This document shows, piece after piece, positions 47,937-57,943 of a stretch of DNA of 64,000 bases. Numbering within the stretch: the stretch's first letter is position 1; each line of letters starts with the position of its first letter. The DNA comes from Candidatus Fervidifonticultor secundus (GTDB lineage: Bacteria > Sysuimicrobiota > Sysuimicrobiia > Sysuimicrobiales > Humicultoraceae): the NCBI GenBank assembly GCA_031459385.1, contig JAVKIP010000004.1:32001-96000 (forward strand). Direction: 5' to 3'. The translations under genes and the position numbers were made by a program. The notes beneath the pieces are model-generated. The model ran no database searches. It worked only from the letters and a program-made list of their open reading frames with translations, and was not told where the DNA came from.

Positions 47937-48245
47937 ATGCGCATCCCGGTGAGCCACTGGCTCGTGCTCGCAGTCGTCGTCATCATGCTGGGCACCGCGG
48001 TGCAGGCGGCGCCCCGGCTGGTGGACGTCCGGGCCACCCTCCGGGGTGAGGTGGTCGCCGACGGGCTGGCCAGGGTCGGCGACCAGGTGAGCGAGGGCGA
48101 TCCCCTGGTCTACGTGCGCACGCAGATCGGACGGGCGGTGGCGGCCCGCGCGCCGGTCGACGGCCGGGTGGCGGAGGTGCTGGTCCGCCCGGGCGCGGAG
48201 ATTCGGGAACTCGGCGCGGTCGTGGCGCGGCTGGAGCCCAGGTAG
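47937..48245 (+). CDS. Small exported biotinyl/lipoyl-like (barrel-sandwich hybrid) domain protein
   Basis: Signal peptide ending VQA; VGDQVSEGDPL and ARAPVDGRVAEVLVRPG; SD AAGGGAG. Confidence 0.75.
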   Translation: MRIPVSHWLVLAVVVIMLGTAVQAAPRLVDVRATLRGEVVADGLARVGDQVSEGDPLVYVRTQIGRAVAARAPVDGRVAEVLVRPGAEIRELGAVVARLEPR

Positions 48246-48355
48246 GCGGTGCCGATCCCCGCAGGGCGTCGTCCAACGGTGGCCGCCCGGCCACCGTTTC
48301 CCGCACGCAGGTCGGTAGCGGACGTCATGGCGCCACGGTCGAGAGGGGGCGAGGT

Positions 48356-50143
48356 GTGAACGTTCGTCCAGGCATGCTGCTGCTGGCGATCCTCCTGATG
48401 CTCCCGAGCCTCCCGGCGGCGGGCGCGCCGCAGTCGACGCCGCCCATCCTGCCCATCGACCAGGTCCGTCCGGGCATGCGCGGGATCGGGAAGACGGTCG
48501 TTACCGGTCAGCGCGTCGACGAGTTCCAGTTCGAAGTGATCGACATCCTGCGCGGCGCCGGCGGGCCCATCACCTCCGATCGGATGATTCTGTTCCGCAT
48601 GACCGGCCCGCTGGTGCAGCGCACCGGGGGCAGCGCCGCCGGCATGAGCGGCAGCCCGCTCTACGTCCACGGCCGGCTGATTGGCGCCCTGTCCGCCTCG
48701 TTCATCTGGCAGACGCCGCGCCGCGATATCGCCCTGGCGACCCCGATCGCCGACATGCTGAAGCTCCTGGAACGTCCGCCGGCGCGCCGCAGTGGCGCGG
48801 CGGTGTACCGCACGTCGCAGCCCTTCGTGCTCGACGGCCGCGCCTACGACCGGGTGGTCGTGGCGCCCACGCCACGCGCGGCGCAGTTCGCCGGCCGGCT
48901 GCCCGGTGTCGCCGTCGCCGCGCCCGCCGTGGCCGCCTACGCCCTGGGCCTGAGCCCCCGCGCGTCCCGCCTGCTGGCTACGCTCGTCCAACCCCAGGGG
49001 CTGGAGATCCTGCAGGGGTACGCCAGCAAGGGGACGTTTGCGGTGCACCCCGTGACCGCAGGGAGCACTGTGGGTGTCGAGGAAGTGCGGGGCGACGTCG
49101 AGTTCGGCGGAATCTGCACGGTCACCGTGCGGGTGGGTGCGCGCGTGCTCGTCTGCGGCCACCCCTGGGCGAACCAGGGCGATGTGGAGTACATCCTGAC
49201 GGCCGCCGAGGTCATCGCCGTGGTCAACACCCTGGAGCGGCCGTTCAAGGTCGGGAACCTGGGGAGCGTCATCGGCGTGGTGGACCAGGATCGCGGTACC
49301 GGCATCGTGGGCAGCCTGGGGCCGCTGCCGCGCCTGTTCAACCTCCGGGTGATCGTCACGGACCTGGACGCCGGGGGGCGCGTGCAGCTCGGCGCGCAGA
49401 TGGTGCGCCGCCGCGACATGGCCCGGGCGCTGGCGCCCCTGGTGGCGCTGTCGGCGGTGGAGCGGGCGCGCAACCAGGCCGCCGGGGAGGGCACTGCCAC
49501 GGTCCGGCTCACCCTCCGCGCGCGGGGGCTGGAGCGGTCCATCGTGCGCGAGAACATGTTTTACAGCACCCGCGACATCGCCACGGCGTCGGTGCTCGAC
49601 GTCGTGGACGCTATGGAACTCGCCTTCTACAACGACCTGCGCCGGCTCGAGCCGTACGATCTCACCGTGGAGATCTCGCTGGCCCGGCGGCGGGTCACTG
49701 CGTCCATTGTGGACGTGGCGGCGCAGTCGCGCGAGGTCAGCCCGGGGGAGACGCTGCGGGTGCGGGTGCGGCTCCAGCCCTATCTGGCCGACCGCGTGGT
49801 GACCCGGCTGGTCGAAGTTCCCGTGCCCGCCGACTTCCCGCGGGGCCCGGCGGTGGTCATCGTGCGCTCGGCCGGGGTGGACGAGCCCCGGGTGCCGGTA
49901 GAGGCGCGGCTGGCGAGCGCGCTGCAGGCCGAGCCGATCCCCTGGGGCGTGGACTCGCTGCAGGACGCGCTGCGGCTGTTCGCCGAGTTCGGCCGCAACA
50001 CCGACATCCTGGTGCGCATCGTCCCGTTCGGCCTGCCCGCCACACAGCTGGAGTTCACCAAGTTCGACGTGCCGGCGGCCAGGTTCGACCGCACGGAGTG
50101 GGTCATCCAGGGCTCGGAATCGATTCCGATCCTGATCCGGTAG
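48356..50143 (+). CDS. SpoIVB / peptidase S55 domain protein (paralog 1)
   Basis: Signal peptide; VRPGMRGIGKTV, AAGMSGSPLYVHGRLIGA, CGHP, DQDRGTGI. Confidence 0.85.
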   Translation: MNVRPGMLLLAILLMLPSLPAAGAPQSTPPILPIDQVRPGMRGIGKTVVTGQRVDEFQFEVIDILRGAGGPITSDRMILFRMTGPLVQRTGGSAAGMSGSPLYVHGRLIGALSASFIWQTPRRDIALATPIADMLKLLERPPARRSGAAVYRTSQPFVLDGRAYDRVVVAPTPRAAQFAGRLPGVAVAAPAVAAYALGLSPRASRLLATLVQPQGLEILQGYASKGTFAVHPVTAGSTVGVEEVRGDVEFGGICTVTVRVGARVLVCGHPWANQGDVEYILTAAEVIAVVNTLERPFKVGNLGSVIGVVDQDRGTGIVGSLGPLPRLFNLRVIVTDLDAGGRVQLGAQMVRRRDMARALAPLVALSAVERARNQAAGEGTATVRLTLRARGLERSIVRENMFYSTRDIATASVLDVVDAMELAFYNDLRRLEPYDLTVEISLARRRVTASIVDVAAQSREVSPGETLRVRVRLQPYLADRVVTRLVEVPVPADFPRGPAVVIVRSAGVDEPRVPVEARLASALQAEPIPWGVDSLQDALRLFAEFGRNTDILVRIVPFGLPATQLEFTKFDVPAARFDRTEWVIQGSESIPILIR

Positions 50144-50191
50144 CCCGGCGTCCGTCCGGGCAGGTGGGCATTGAGAACCATGAGGGGGCCG

Positions 50192-51955
50192 ATGACCGTG
50201 CTGCCACGGCTGGCCGGGCTCGTGCTGCTGGCGATGGCCGCACCGGGCGTGTCCGTGGCCGCATCTTTCGACTGGCTGCCCCTGCAGGCCGTCCAGCCGG
50301 GCATGCGGGGCGTGGCGCGCACCGTGGTACGCGGCACCACCGTGGAAGCGTTCGACGTGGAAGCGCTGGCGGTGGTGCCGGGCGCGGGGCCGGCCGGCGC
50401 GTTGATCCTGGTCCGCGCCTCGGGCCCGGTGATCCAGCGCACCGGCGGTATCGCCGGCGGGATGAGCGGGAGCCCGGTGTACTTCCACGGCCGCCTGGCC
50501 GGCGCGATCGGATTCGGCTGGACGTTCGCCGACCATTCGCTGGGTCTGGTCACGCCCATCGAGGTGATGCAGAGCGCGCTGCCGGCCCCGCGCCGCAGCC
50601 AGCTGCCGCCGACGATGGCCGGCCCCTGGACCCTGCCCGCGCCGGTACACGCCGGCGGGCGGCGCGTGGCGCGCATCGCGGTGGCTGCGTCCGCCGCCCC
50701 GGTCCCTCCGGCGGCCGCAGCCGCCGATGTGGCCGTGATGGTCCCGCTGGCCCGGCCGTTGCTGGTCTCGGGGATGGGCACCCGGGCCGCGGCGCTGCTG
50801 CAGGAGGCGCTGGGCCCGATGGGCGTGCAGCCGGTCCAGGGGGCGGCTGGCGGCTCCACCACCGACCGGCCGGTGCTCGTGCCGGGGAGCGCTGTGGGCG
50901 TGCAGCTGATCCGCGGGGATCTCAACGCCGTGGCCATCGGGACCCTGACCTACCGCGATGGCGAGCGCATACTGGCCTTCGGTCACCCGGTCCTCAACCG
51001 GGGCGACAGCGCCTACCTGCTGACGTCCGCCGTCATCCATGGCGTGGTGCCCAGCGCCTCATTTCCCTTCAAGATCGGCTCGGCAGGCGCACCGGTCGGC
51101 GTGGTCGCCCAGGACCGGCGGGCCGGCGTGGGCGGCATCATCGGCCGCCTGCCCCCGATGGTCGGCGTGCGCCTCTCGGTCCTCGATGGGGACAGGGGCC
51201 GCCGCGCGACCCTCGGCACGCAGGTCGTGCAGGATCCCCAGCTGGGGCCGATGCTCGCGCTGGTCTCGGCACTGGACGTTATCGACCGCGCGCTCGACCG
51301 GGTGGGCGGGGGCACGGCGCGCGTGCGGCTGACCCTGCGCGGCCGCGGCCTCGACGCGCCCATCGTGCGCGAGAACGTCTTCTACCACTCCCGCGACATC
51401 GGCTCCGCGGCCATGCTGGAGCTGCCCGAGGCGCTGCGCCTGCTGTTCGCCAACGAGTTCGTCCGCACCGGGCCCGTAGACGTGGCCGTGGAGGCCGAGG
51501 TCCGGCAGGCCCGGCAGACTGCGGCCGTGGTCGAGGCGGAGCTGGGGCGGCCGAGGCTGCGCCGCGGCGACGTCGCCAGCGTGCGGGTCACGCTCCGTCC
51601 CTTCCAGGGCGACCCCGTGGTGCGCGACGTGGAGCTGGCGGTCCCCGAGCAGTTCCCGGTCGGACCCGCCACGGTGCTGATCCGCGCGGGCGGGCGGCCG
51701 GTACCCGAGGGCGGGCTGCCGGCGGCGTTGCTGAGCGAACCGGTCGAGACGGCCGCGACCTCGGCTGCAGAGCAGCTGGCGGCCTTTGCCGACCGCGATC
51801 GCAACACCGATGTGGTCGTGGAGCTCGTGCCCGGCCCGGCGCGGTTTCCCGACATCACCGGCGCGGCAGCGACCCGCACCGCGAAGGTACGCGTCGCGAC
51901 GCCGTGGGTCGTCCGGGGCCGCGTGCAGCTCCCGACCGCGGTGGAGGGTCCCTAG
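50192..51955 (+). CDS. SpoIVB / peptidase S55 domain protein (paralog 2)
   Basis: Signal peptide; VQPGMRGVARTV, AGGMSGSPVYFHGRLAGA, LAFGHP, QDRRAGV. Confidence 0.85.
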   Translation: MTVLPRLAGLVLLAMAAPGVSVAASFDWLPLQAVQPGMRGVARTVVRGTTVEAFDVEALAVVPGAGPAGALILVRASGPVIQRTGGIAGGMSGSPVYFHGRLAGAIGFGWTFADHSLGLVTPIEVMQSALPAPRRSQLPPTMAGPWTLPAPVHAGGRRVARIAVAASAAPVPPAAAAADVAVMVPLARPLLVSGMGTRAAALLQEALGPMGVQPVQGAAGGSTTDRPVLVPGSAVGVQLIRGDLNAVAIGTLTYRDGERILAFGHPVLNRGDSAYLLTSAVIHGVVPSASFPFKIGSAGAPVGVVAQDRRAGVGGIIGRLPPMVGVRLSVLDGDRGRRATLGTQVVQDPQLGPMLALVSALDVIDRALDRVGGGTARVRLTLRGRGLDAPIVRENVFYHSRDIGSAAMLELPEALRLLFANEFVRTGPVDVAVEAEVRQARQTAAVVEAELGRPRLRRGDVASVRVTLRPFQGDPVVRDVELAVPEQFPVGPATVLIRAGGRPVPEGGLPAALLSEPVETAATSAAEQLAAFADRDRNTDVVVELVPGPARFPDITGAAATRTAKVRVATPWVVRGRVQLPTAVEGP

Positions 51956-51997
51956 ACCGCACAGGACGAGATCGCAGGCAGGAGCCCACCGGCCCGG

Positions 51998-54900
51998 ATG
52001 CGACGACCTTCTTTCGCTGCAGCGCTCATCCTGCTCCTCACCGGAGCCGGCCTGGTCGCCTGGGCGGCGTCTGCGCTTCCGCAGCGCGCGCGCGAGGCTG
52101 CAGTCGCCGCGCTCTCCGCTGTGCTGGGCCAGCCCGTGCGCATCGGCCGGGTCTCTGGCGATCCGTGGCGCGGCATCGTCCTGGACGACGTGGCGCTGGA
52201 CGGTCCTGCGTTCACCGGGGGCGCGCCGCTGCTCACCGCCCGGCGCGTTGTGGTGCATCTGGACGTCGGGATCCTCATCGCCGAGCTCTGGCGCCGGCGC
52301 CATCCAGCCGCGAGCATCGTGCAGGTCCTTCTGGAGGAACCGGTCCTGGCGCTCGCGCGCGACGCTGTCGGCCGCTGGAACCTGGATCGGCTGGGCCGCC
52401 TGCCCGCCGGGCCTGGCGGCGCGCCGGCCTTTGCAGGGCGCGTCATCGTGCTCCACGGGACCGTGCGCCTGGCTGACGCCCATCCCCTGCGGCCGCGCGT
52501 CTTCACGGCGCGCTTCGAGGACGTCAACGGTACCGTGGAGTTCTCGGCGTCGCCCCGGGTGCGGCTGCGCGCGTCGTTCGTCGAGGTGCGCGACGGCCGA
52601 CGGGTGCCGGGACGGCTCGCGGGCGTCCACCTCGCCACTACCGGGCACCTGGATCTCGACCTCGACGTGACCGACGGGGACCTGGCGGCCTGGGGGGGCT
52701 ACGTGCTCGCCACGCCCGGGTTCCGGCTGGCCGCCGGGCGGTTCGACGCGACCCTGCACATCGTGCGGTCGCCGCAGGCCCGGGGGACGGCGACGGACCT
52801 CTGGGGGCGCGTCAGGGTTCGCGGCGGCGCGGCGCACATTCCCGCCCGCGGAGCCGTCCTGCAGCGCGTCTTCGGCCTGCTGACCGTCCAGAACCGGCGC
52901 GTCGCCTTGGCCGATCTGCGCGGGACGCTGAACGGCGTGCCGCTGCGAGCGCGCGGCGAGATCAGCTTCGCGGGCGAGCCGTACCTCGATCTGGCCGTCC
53001 ACTCATCCCGCGCCGACCTGGAGGTATTGCGGCGGGTGTTCTTCCCCCGTGGGGGCCTGCCGCTCCGCGGGGTCGCCTCCGGCAGCGTCCGCATCATTGG
53101 CGCGGTGAGCGCACCCCGCCTGGCGGGCAGGGTGGACGCGGCCGCCGGCGAGGTCGCCCGGCGCCAGTTCGCGCGGGCCTCCGGGTCGTTCGAAACCTAC
53201 GGGTCGGTCGTGACCGTGCGAGACGCTGCGGCCGACGCCGCCGGCGGTTCAGTGCAGGGCGAGGCGTGGTGGCGACTGGGTGCGTCCCAGTTTCAGATGG
53301 TGCTGCGCGTCGCCGATGCCGACGCCACCGCGCTGGGCCGCTGGATGCCAGGAGAAGCGCCTGGCATGCGCGGGCGCATCACCGGTCACGTGGTGGCCCT
53401 CGGGCGCCCGGGGGGCCTGGAGGTTGCAGCACGCGCGCGCGTGGTCGCGCCGGAGGTGGGCGCCACGCGCCTGGATGCGCTCGGCGGCGTGTTCCGATAC
53501 GCGGGCGGCGTCGTCTACCTCGAGCACGCCACAGCCGAGGTCGGGCGCGCGTGGGCGTCCGGGCACGGGACGATCGGCCCTGACGGCACGCTGGCGCTGC
53601 GGGCCGTGGCTGGCGGGCTGGATCTCGCCGCGCTGCCCTCGGTGCGCTTGCCCGCGGACATCGCCGGGACGGCCGACTTCTCGGGCCGTGTGCAGGGGAC
53701 GCTGGCGGCTCCGGAGATCGCCGGCGATGCACAGGTCCGTCGCGGGCGGGTGCTGGGGCTCGCGCTGGACCACGCGGCAGGACGCGTGCACCTGCGCACG
53801 GGTCAGGTGCGCCTGGCGCAGGTGGCCGCCCGCGCGGGCCGGGCGCGGTACCTGGCCGACGGCACCGTGAGCTGGGCGCCGTCTGCCCGTGTGGACCTGA
53901 CGCTGGAGGCCGAGCGGGCGCCGGCCGAGACGCTGGCCCGACTCGGGGGGCTGCCGCTCGAGATCCGCGGCAGCGTGGACGGGCGGATGCGCCTCACCGG
54001 TCCGGCCGCGCGTCCGGCGGCGGAGGGCCGCGTGACGTTGCGCGACGCCGTGGTGCAGGACCAGCCTGTCGACCGGGCGGAGGCGGCGTTCCGGTGGAAC
54101 GGCACGCGCCTCGTGCTCAACGGGGCCTGGCTGGGCCGTCGCTCGTCCCGCCTGGAGCTGGCCGGCGCCATCGACCGGCACGCGGGATTCAACCTGACCC
54201 TGTCCGCCCGCGACCTGCAGCTGCGCGACCTGGCCCTCCCGCCCGTGGCCGGCGCACGGGTCGACGGCAGCGTCAGCCTCACCGGCCAGCTGCGCGGCCC
54301 CACTCATGCCCCCGACGTCACCCTCGCCGTACGGTCGAGCGATCTCGTCGTGAACGGCATACGCTTCGACGACGCCGCGGGAGAAGTCGGGTGGGGCGCG
54401 CGCACCCTCCGCCTGGCCCCGCTACGTCTGCGTCGTGGGGCCGAGACCTACCAGATGGACGGCACCGTCGGGTTCGGCCCCTCGCCGGTGATCGCCCTGA
54501 CCACGCAGGTCTCGCCCGGCAGGCTGTCCACGCTGCTCGGGCTCGGCAACGTGCGGATCAGGGCGCCGGTAGACGCCACCATCACGGGCGTGGCGGAGGT
54601 GCAGGGACCGCTGGGGAACCCCGGCGCGCGTCTCAACGTCACCGTCGACGGTGGTCACATCGGCGAGCACCGGCTGGTGGACGGCACCGTGGACCTGAAG
54701 CTCCGCGACGGCATCGTGAGCATCGACCGATTCCAGCTGCATCCGGCCCAGGGAACGGTGGCGATGCGGGGACGGCTGCACCTGCGGGGCGACAGCCAGC
54801 TGGAAGTGGCCGGCGCGGACCTGCCCCTCGACCTGCTGCGGCCGGTGCTGGGCCTGCGCCGCCCGCTGCGCGGTCGGTGGGAGTTCACGCTGCAGCTCGA

Positions 54901-56371
54901 CGGGCCGCTGGCCGCGCCGGAGATCGGGTTCTCACAGGAGATCACGGCCGGCGGCCTGGAGGGCGCGACGTTCGACCGGCTCGTTGCCAACGCGTTCTAC
55001 CGCGATGGGCTGCTCCAGGTGCCGCAGGCGTTCCTCGTGCAGGACGGCCACCGGTTGCGCGCGCAGGGCGCGATTCCCTTCAACCCGGCGCTGCTGCGCT
55101 TCGACGACCAGCGGCCCATGGAGTTCCGGTTCTGGCTCGTGGACGCCCATCTGGGCCTGCTCCGCCTGGTCTCCGACCGGGTGGAGGAGGCGGCGGGCGC
55201 CGTGGAAGGTGAGGTGCGCGTCGGCGGCACGGTCGCCGCGCCCGAGGTCAGCGGCGGGCTGCGCGTGCGCGACGGCCGCGTCCGGATCAGCGGCCTGCAG
55301 ACGCCGATCGAGGCCATACGCCTCGACGCGCGCTTCGATGGCTCGGCGATCCAGCTGGCCGAGGCATCGGCGCGCCTGGGCACCGGCACCGCCCAGGTGG
55401 AGGGGGCCCTGCGCCTGGCGTCGGTGTCAGGCGGCGGGCTCGCCCTCGGCGCCGGCGAAGACGCGCCGCTGCACGTGCAGGGCCGCAACCTGCGCATCAC
55501 GATCCCGCCGGTCATGGATGCGCTGGCGACCGGACAGCTGCGCGTCTGGGGCGCCGTGGGCGATCCACGCCGTCCGCCGACGGTGACCGGGCAGGTGACG
55601 CTCTCCGACGGCACGGTCGCCGTCGCCGCCGGCCCGCCAGGCGCGTCGGTGCGAGCGCCGCTGGTGTTCCGGACCGTGCGGCTGGAGGTTGGCCGCGACC
55701 TGGCCGTGCAGGCGGGCGGGCTCCGCTTCGACCTGCAGCCCGGGGGCGCCGTGGTGCTCGGTGGCACCCTGCGCGCACCCACGCTGGACGGCGCGATCGG
55801 CGCCCGCGACGGCAAGCTCGTCGCCCTGGGCACGACGTTCGACCTCGTCGAGGCCACGGCGGTCTTCCAGCCGCACCTGGGCATCGTGCCGCACGTCACG
55901 GCCACGGCCGAGACACAGATCGGCGCGACACACGTGACCCTGGCCGTGCGCGGCGTCCCGCCTGATGCGCTCACGCTGGACCTGCGCTCCGATCCCGAGA
56001 TGCCCCGGCAGGAGATCGTCGCGCTCCTGGGGCGGCAGGCCGGCATGGCACGGCTGCTGGAGGGCGACCTCGAAGGCGCCCTGCGGGCGGCGATCAGCCG
56101 GCGGCTGTTCGGCGGCGCGACGGGCACCGTCGGACGCCGCCTGGGGTTGAGCGAGCTGTCGCTGGAGTACGACTTCCAGGGACCGTTGGCCCTCCGGGCC
56201 GGCAAGCTCCTGGCGGGGAGGCTCTATCTGACGCTGGAGGCGACGTTCGCGGAGCAGACCCGGTATCTGTGGGGCCTCGAGTACCGCTTCGCGCCCGGGT
56301 GGCGGATCACCACCCGGGTGGGCTCTGACGGCAGCCGCGAGACGTTGTTGTGGTACACCGTGCGGTTCTGA
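51998..56371 (+). CDS. tamB: TamB/AsmA-like translocation and assembly module protein
   Basis: 1457 aa; N-terminal TM anchor; repetitive beta-rich segments; C-terminal DUF490-like LRSDPEMPRQEIVALL...YTVRF. Confidence 0.82.
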   Translation: MRRPSFAAALILLLTGAGLVAWAASALPQRAREAAVAALSAVLGQPVRIGRVSGDPWRGIVLDDVALDGPAFTGGAPLLTARRVVVHLDVGILIAELWRRRHPAASIVQVLLEEPVLALARDAVGRWNLDRLGRLPAGPGGAPAFAGRVIVLHGTVRLADAHPLRPRVFTARFEDVNGTVEFSASPRVRLRASFVEVRDGRRVPGRLAGVHLATTGHLDLDLDVTDGDLAAWGGYVLATPGFRLAAGRFDATLHIVRSPQARGTATDLWGRVRVRGGAAHIPARGAVLQRVFGLLTVQNRRVALADLRGTLNGVPLRARGEISFAGEPYLDLAVHSSRADLEVLRRVFFPRGGLPLRGVASGSVRIIGAVSAPRLAGRVDAAAGEVARRQFARASGSFETYGSVVTVRDAAADAAGGSVQGEAWWRLGASQFQMVLRVADADATALGRWMPGEAPGMRGRITGHVVALGRPGGLEVAARARVVAPEVGATRLDALGGVFRYAGGVVYLEHATAEVGRAWASGHGTIGPDGTLALRAVAGGLDLAALPSVRLPADIAGTADFSGRVQGTLAAPEIAGDAQVRRGRVLGLALDHAAGRVHLRTGQVRLAQVAARAGRARYLADGTVSWAPSARVDLTLEAERAPAETLARLGGLPLEIRGSVDGRMRLTGPAARPAAEGRVTLRDAVVQDQPVDRAEAAFRWNGTRLVLNGAWLGRRSSRLELAGAIDRHAGFNLTLSARDLQLRDLALPPVAGARVDGSVSLTGQLRGPTHAPDVTLAVRSSDLVVNGIRFDDAAGEVGWGARTLRLAPLRLRRGAETYQMDGTVGFGPSPVIALTTQVSPGRLSTLLGLGNVRIRAPVDATITGVAEVQGPLGNPGARLNVTVDGGHIGEHRLVDGTVDLKLRDGIVSIDRFQLHPAQGTVAMRGRLHLRGDSQLEVAGADLPLDLLRPVLGLRRPLRGRWEFTLQLDGPLAAPEIGFSQEITAGGLEGATFDRLVANAFYRDGLLQVPQAFLVQDGHRLRAQGAIPFNPALLRFDDQRPMEFRFWLVDAHLGLLRLVSDRVEEAAGAVEGEVRVGGTVAAPEVSGGLRVRDGRVRISGLQTPIEAIRLDARFDGSAIQLAEASARLGTGTAQVEGALRLASVSGGGLALGAGEDAPLHVQGRNLRITIPPVMDALATGQLRVWGAVGDPRRPPTVTGQVTLSDGTVAVAAGPPGASVRAPLVFRTVRLEVGRDLAVQAGGLRFDLQPGGAVVLGGTLRAPTLDGAIGARDGKLVALGTTFDLVEATAVFQPHLGIVPHVTATAETQIGATHVTLAVRGVPPDALTLDLRSDPEMPRQEIVALLGRQAGMARLLEGDLEGALRAAISRRLFGGATGTVGRRLGLSELSLEYDFQGPLALRAGKLLAGRLYLTLEATFAEQTRYLWGLEYRFAPGWRITTRVGSDGSRETLLWYTVRF

Positions 56372-56446
56372 ACGCCTGACCAGGAGTTCACGCCGCCGAC
56401 GCGAAGCCTCCCTCGGCCGGCGGAGGGATGGCCGGAGGGTGTGCGT

Positions 56447-57091
56447 ATGCTGGCCGACTATCTGCGCGAGCTGCAGCACGTGGTCCTGCTGGCCCCCGCC
56501 GAGGAGGCCGACCTCTGGCGGGCCTACCGTCGCCGGGGCGAGGCTGCCGCGCGGCAGCGGCTCATCGAGGCCTATCAGCCCCTGGTCTTCAAGGTCGTCA
56601 TGCAGCTCCGGCCGCCGGAGCCGCTGGTGATGGACCTGATCCAGGAAGGGCTCGTGGGCCTCATCGAGGCTGTGGAGCGCTTCGACCCGGAGCGCAGCGT
56701 GCGGTTCTCGACCTTCGCCACGTATCGCATCCGGGGGCGCGCGCTCAACGCGCTGGACCGCGTGCGGCCCGAGGTGTCGCTGGACCAGGTCCTGGGGGAC
56801 GAGGGCGCCCCGCTGGCGCGGCTGGTGGATCCGGCAGCGGCGTCGGCGCTGGCCGACGTCGAGGACCGCGCGCTCGTGGACGCGGCGGCGCGGGTGGTTG
56901 CCCAGCTCCCGCCGCGCGAGCGGCTCGTGCTGGCCGCCGTCGTCGGCCTGGGAGAACCGCGGCAGATCGCGAGGGACCTGCGCATCAGCCTCTCCCACTT
57001 CTACCGGCTGCAGAAGCAGGCGATCGCGCGCCTGCGGGTCCTGCTGGGCCTGGTCGGGGTGCACCAGCCACAGCGCGTCTCGGGATATTAA
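56447..57091 (+). CDS. Sigma-70 family RNA polymerase sigma factor (compact group-3-like)
   Basis: YLREL, DLIQEGLVGLIEAVERFDP, FSTFATYRIRG, region 4 LPPRERLVL...IARDLRIS. Confidence 0.88.
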   Translation: MLADYLRELQHVVLLAPAEEADLWRAYRRRGEAAARQRLIEAYQPLVFKVVMQLRPPEPLVMDLIQEGLVGLIEAVERFDPERSVRFSTFATYRIRGRALNALDRVRPEVSLDQVLGDEGAPLARLVDPAAASALADVEDRALVDAAARVVAQLPPRERLVLAAVVGLGEPRQIARDLRISLSHFYRLQKQAIARLRVLLGLVGVHQPQRVSGY

Positions 57092-57125
57092 GGGGTGTAG
57101 AGGGGTGCGTGCCGGGGGGATCCGC

Positions 57126-57791
57126 ATGGACGAGCGACGCACGCTGCAGATCGATCGCATCGCGTACGCTGCCGACTGGCTGGTGCGTGCCCGCCAGCGG
57201 GTCGAGGACGGCGATCCCGCGCGGGGCCTCCTGGCGCTGCTGCTGGCGCAGGCCGAGGTGCGGCGAGCGACGGACGCAGGGCTGGCTGGTCTCTTGCCGC
57301 CCCGACGGGTCGAGCGCGATGCTCTCCTGCTGGTCGCGAGCGTCGCTGCGGTGCTGGCTGCGTCGGCGATCGTGCTCGCCACCGGGCTCGCCCAGATCGC
57401 CAGCCTCCCTCCGGAGGTCCCGCTGCCAATAGTGAGGCTGCCGCAGCCGGCGGAGACGATGCTGCAGATCGTCCAGACCGCGCCGCCGGCGCCCGAGCGC
57501 ACCGTCCGGGGAATCGCTCTCCGGCCGGCGCCCGTCCCGGCACCGGCTGCTCCTGCCGCGCCGCCGGCAGCCGACATGCGGCTGCCGGCGGCGCCGAGCG
57601 TGTCGATCGCCCCGGTGGCGGTGCCCGCGGCACCGGTAGCATCGTCCGCGCCCGCAGCGGCTGCTCCCGCGGGGGCCGCGCCCGGACCGACGATAGCCGC
57701 GCCCGCGCCTCCGTCCGTGCTGAGCGAGGCTGACCTGATCGATCTGGTGCTGGCCGCGGAGCGCTCGCTGCGCCGAACAGTCAACCAGTAA
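57126..57791 (+). CDS. Hypothetical single-TM protein with Pro/Ala-rich C-terminal region
   Basis: Soluble N-terminus, TM ALLLVASVAAVLAASAIVLATGL, low-complexity PA linker, short helical C-terminus. Confidence 0.65.
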   Translation: MDERRTLQIDRIAYAADWLVRARQRVEDGDPARGLLALLLAQAEVRRATDAGLAGLLPPRRVERDALLLVASVAAVLAASAIVLATGLAQIASLPPEVPLPIVRLPQPAETMLQIVQTAPPAPERTVRGIALRPAPVPAPAAPAAPPAADMRLPAAPSVSIAPVAVPAAPVASSAPAAAAPAGAAPGPTIAAPAPPSVLSEADLIDLVLAAERSLRRTVNQ

Positions 57792-57822
57792 CCGGTCCGC
57801 GCGCGGCCCGGAGCACGCCTGC

Positions 57823-57851
57823 TTGCGAGCGAGGAGTTCGGGTGCTACTCT
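57823..57851 (+). promoter_or_regulatory. Sigma70-type promoter upstream of bamA
   Basis: TTGCGA-N17-TACTCT with TG extension. Confidence 0.5.
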
Positions 57852-57943
57852 GGGCGGGTGCGCGCGCGCCGCGGCGCACCGCGGCAGCCCCTGTCATGCG
57901 CGTAGGATCGTTCGCGATGCACCCGTCGTCGAGGAGGTCTGGC

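Noticed and set aside
48356..51955. Sporulation locus based on SpoIVB-like genes
   Set aside because: Long exported S55 forms sit in an outer-membrane cluster, with no other spo genes in the window
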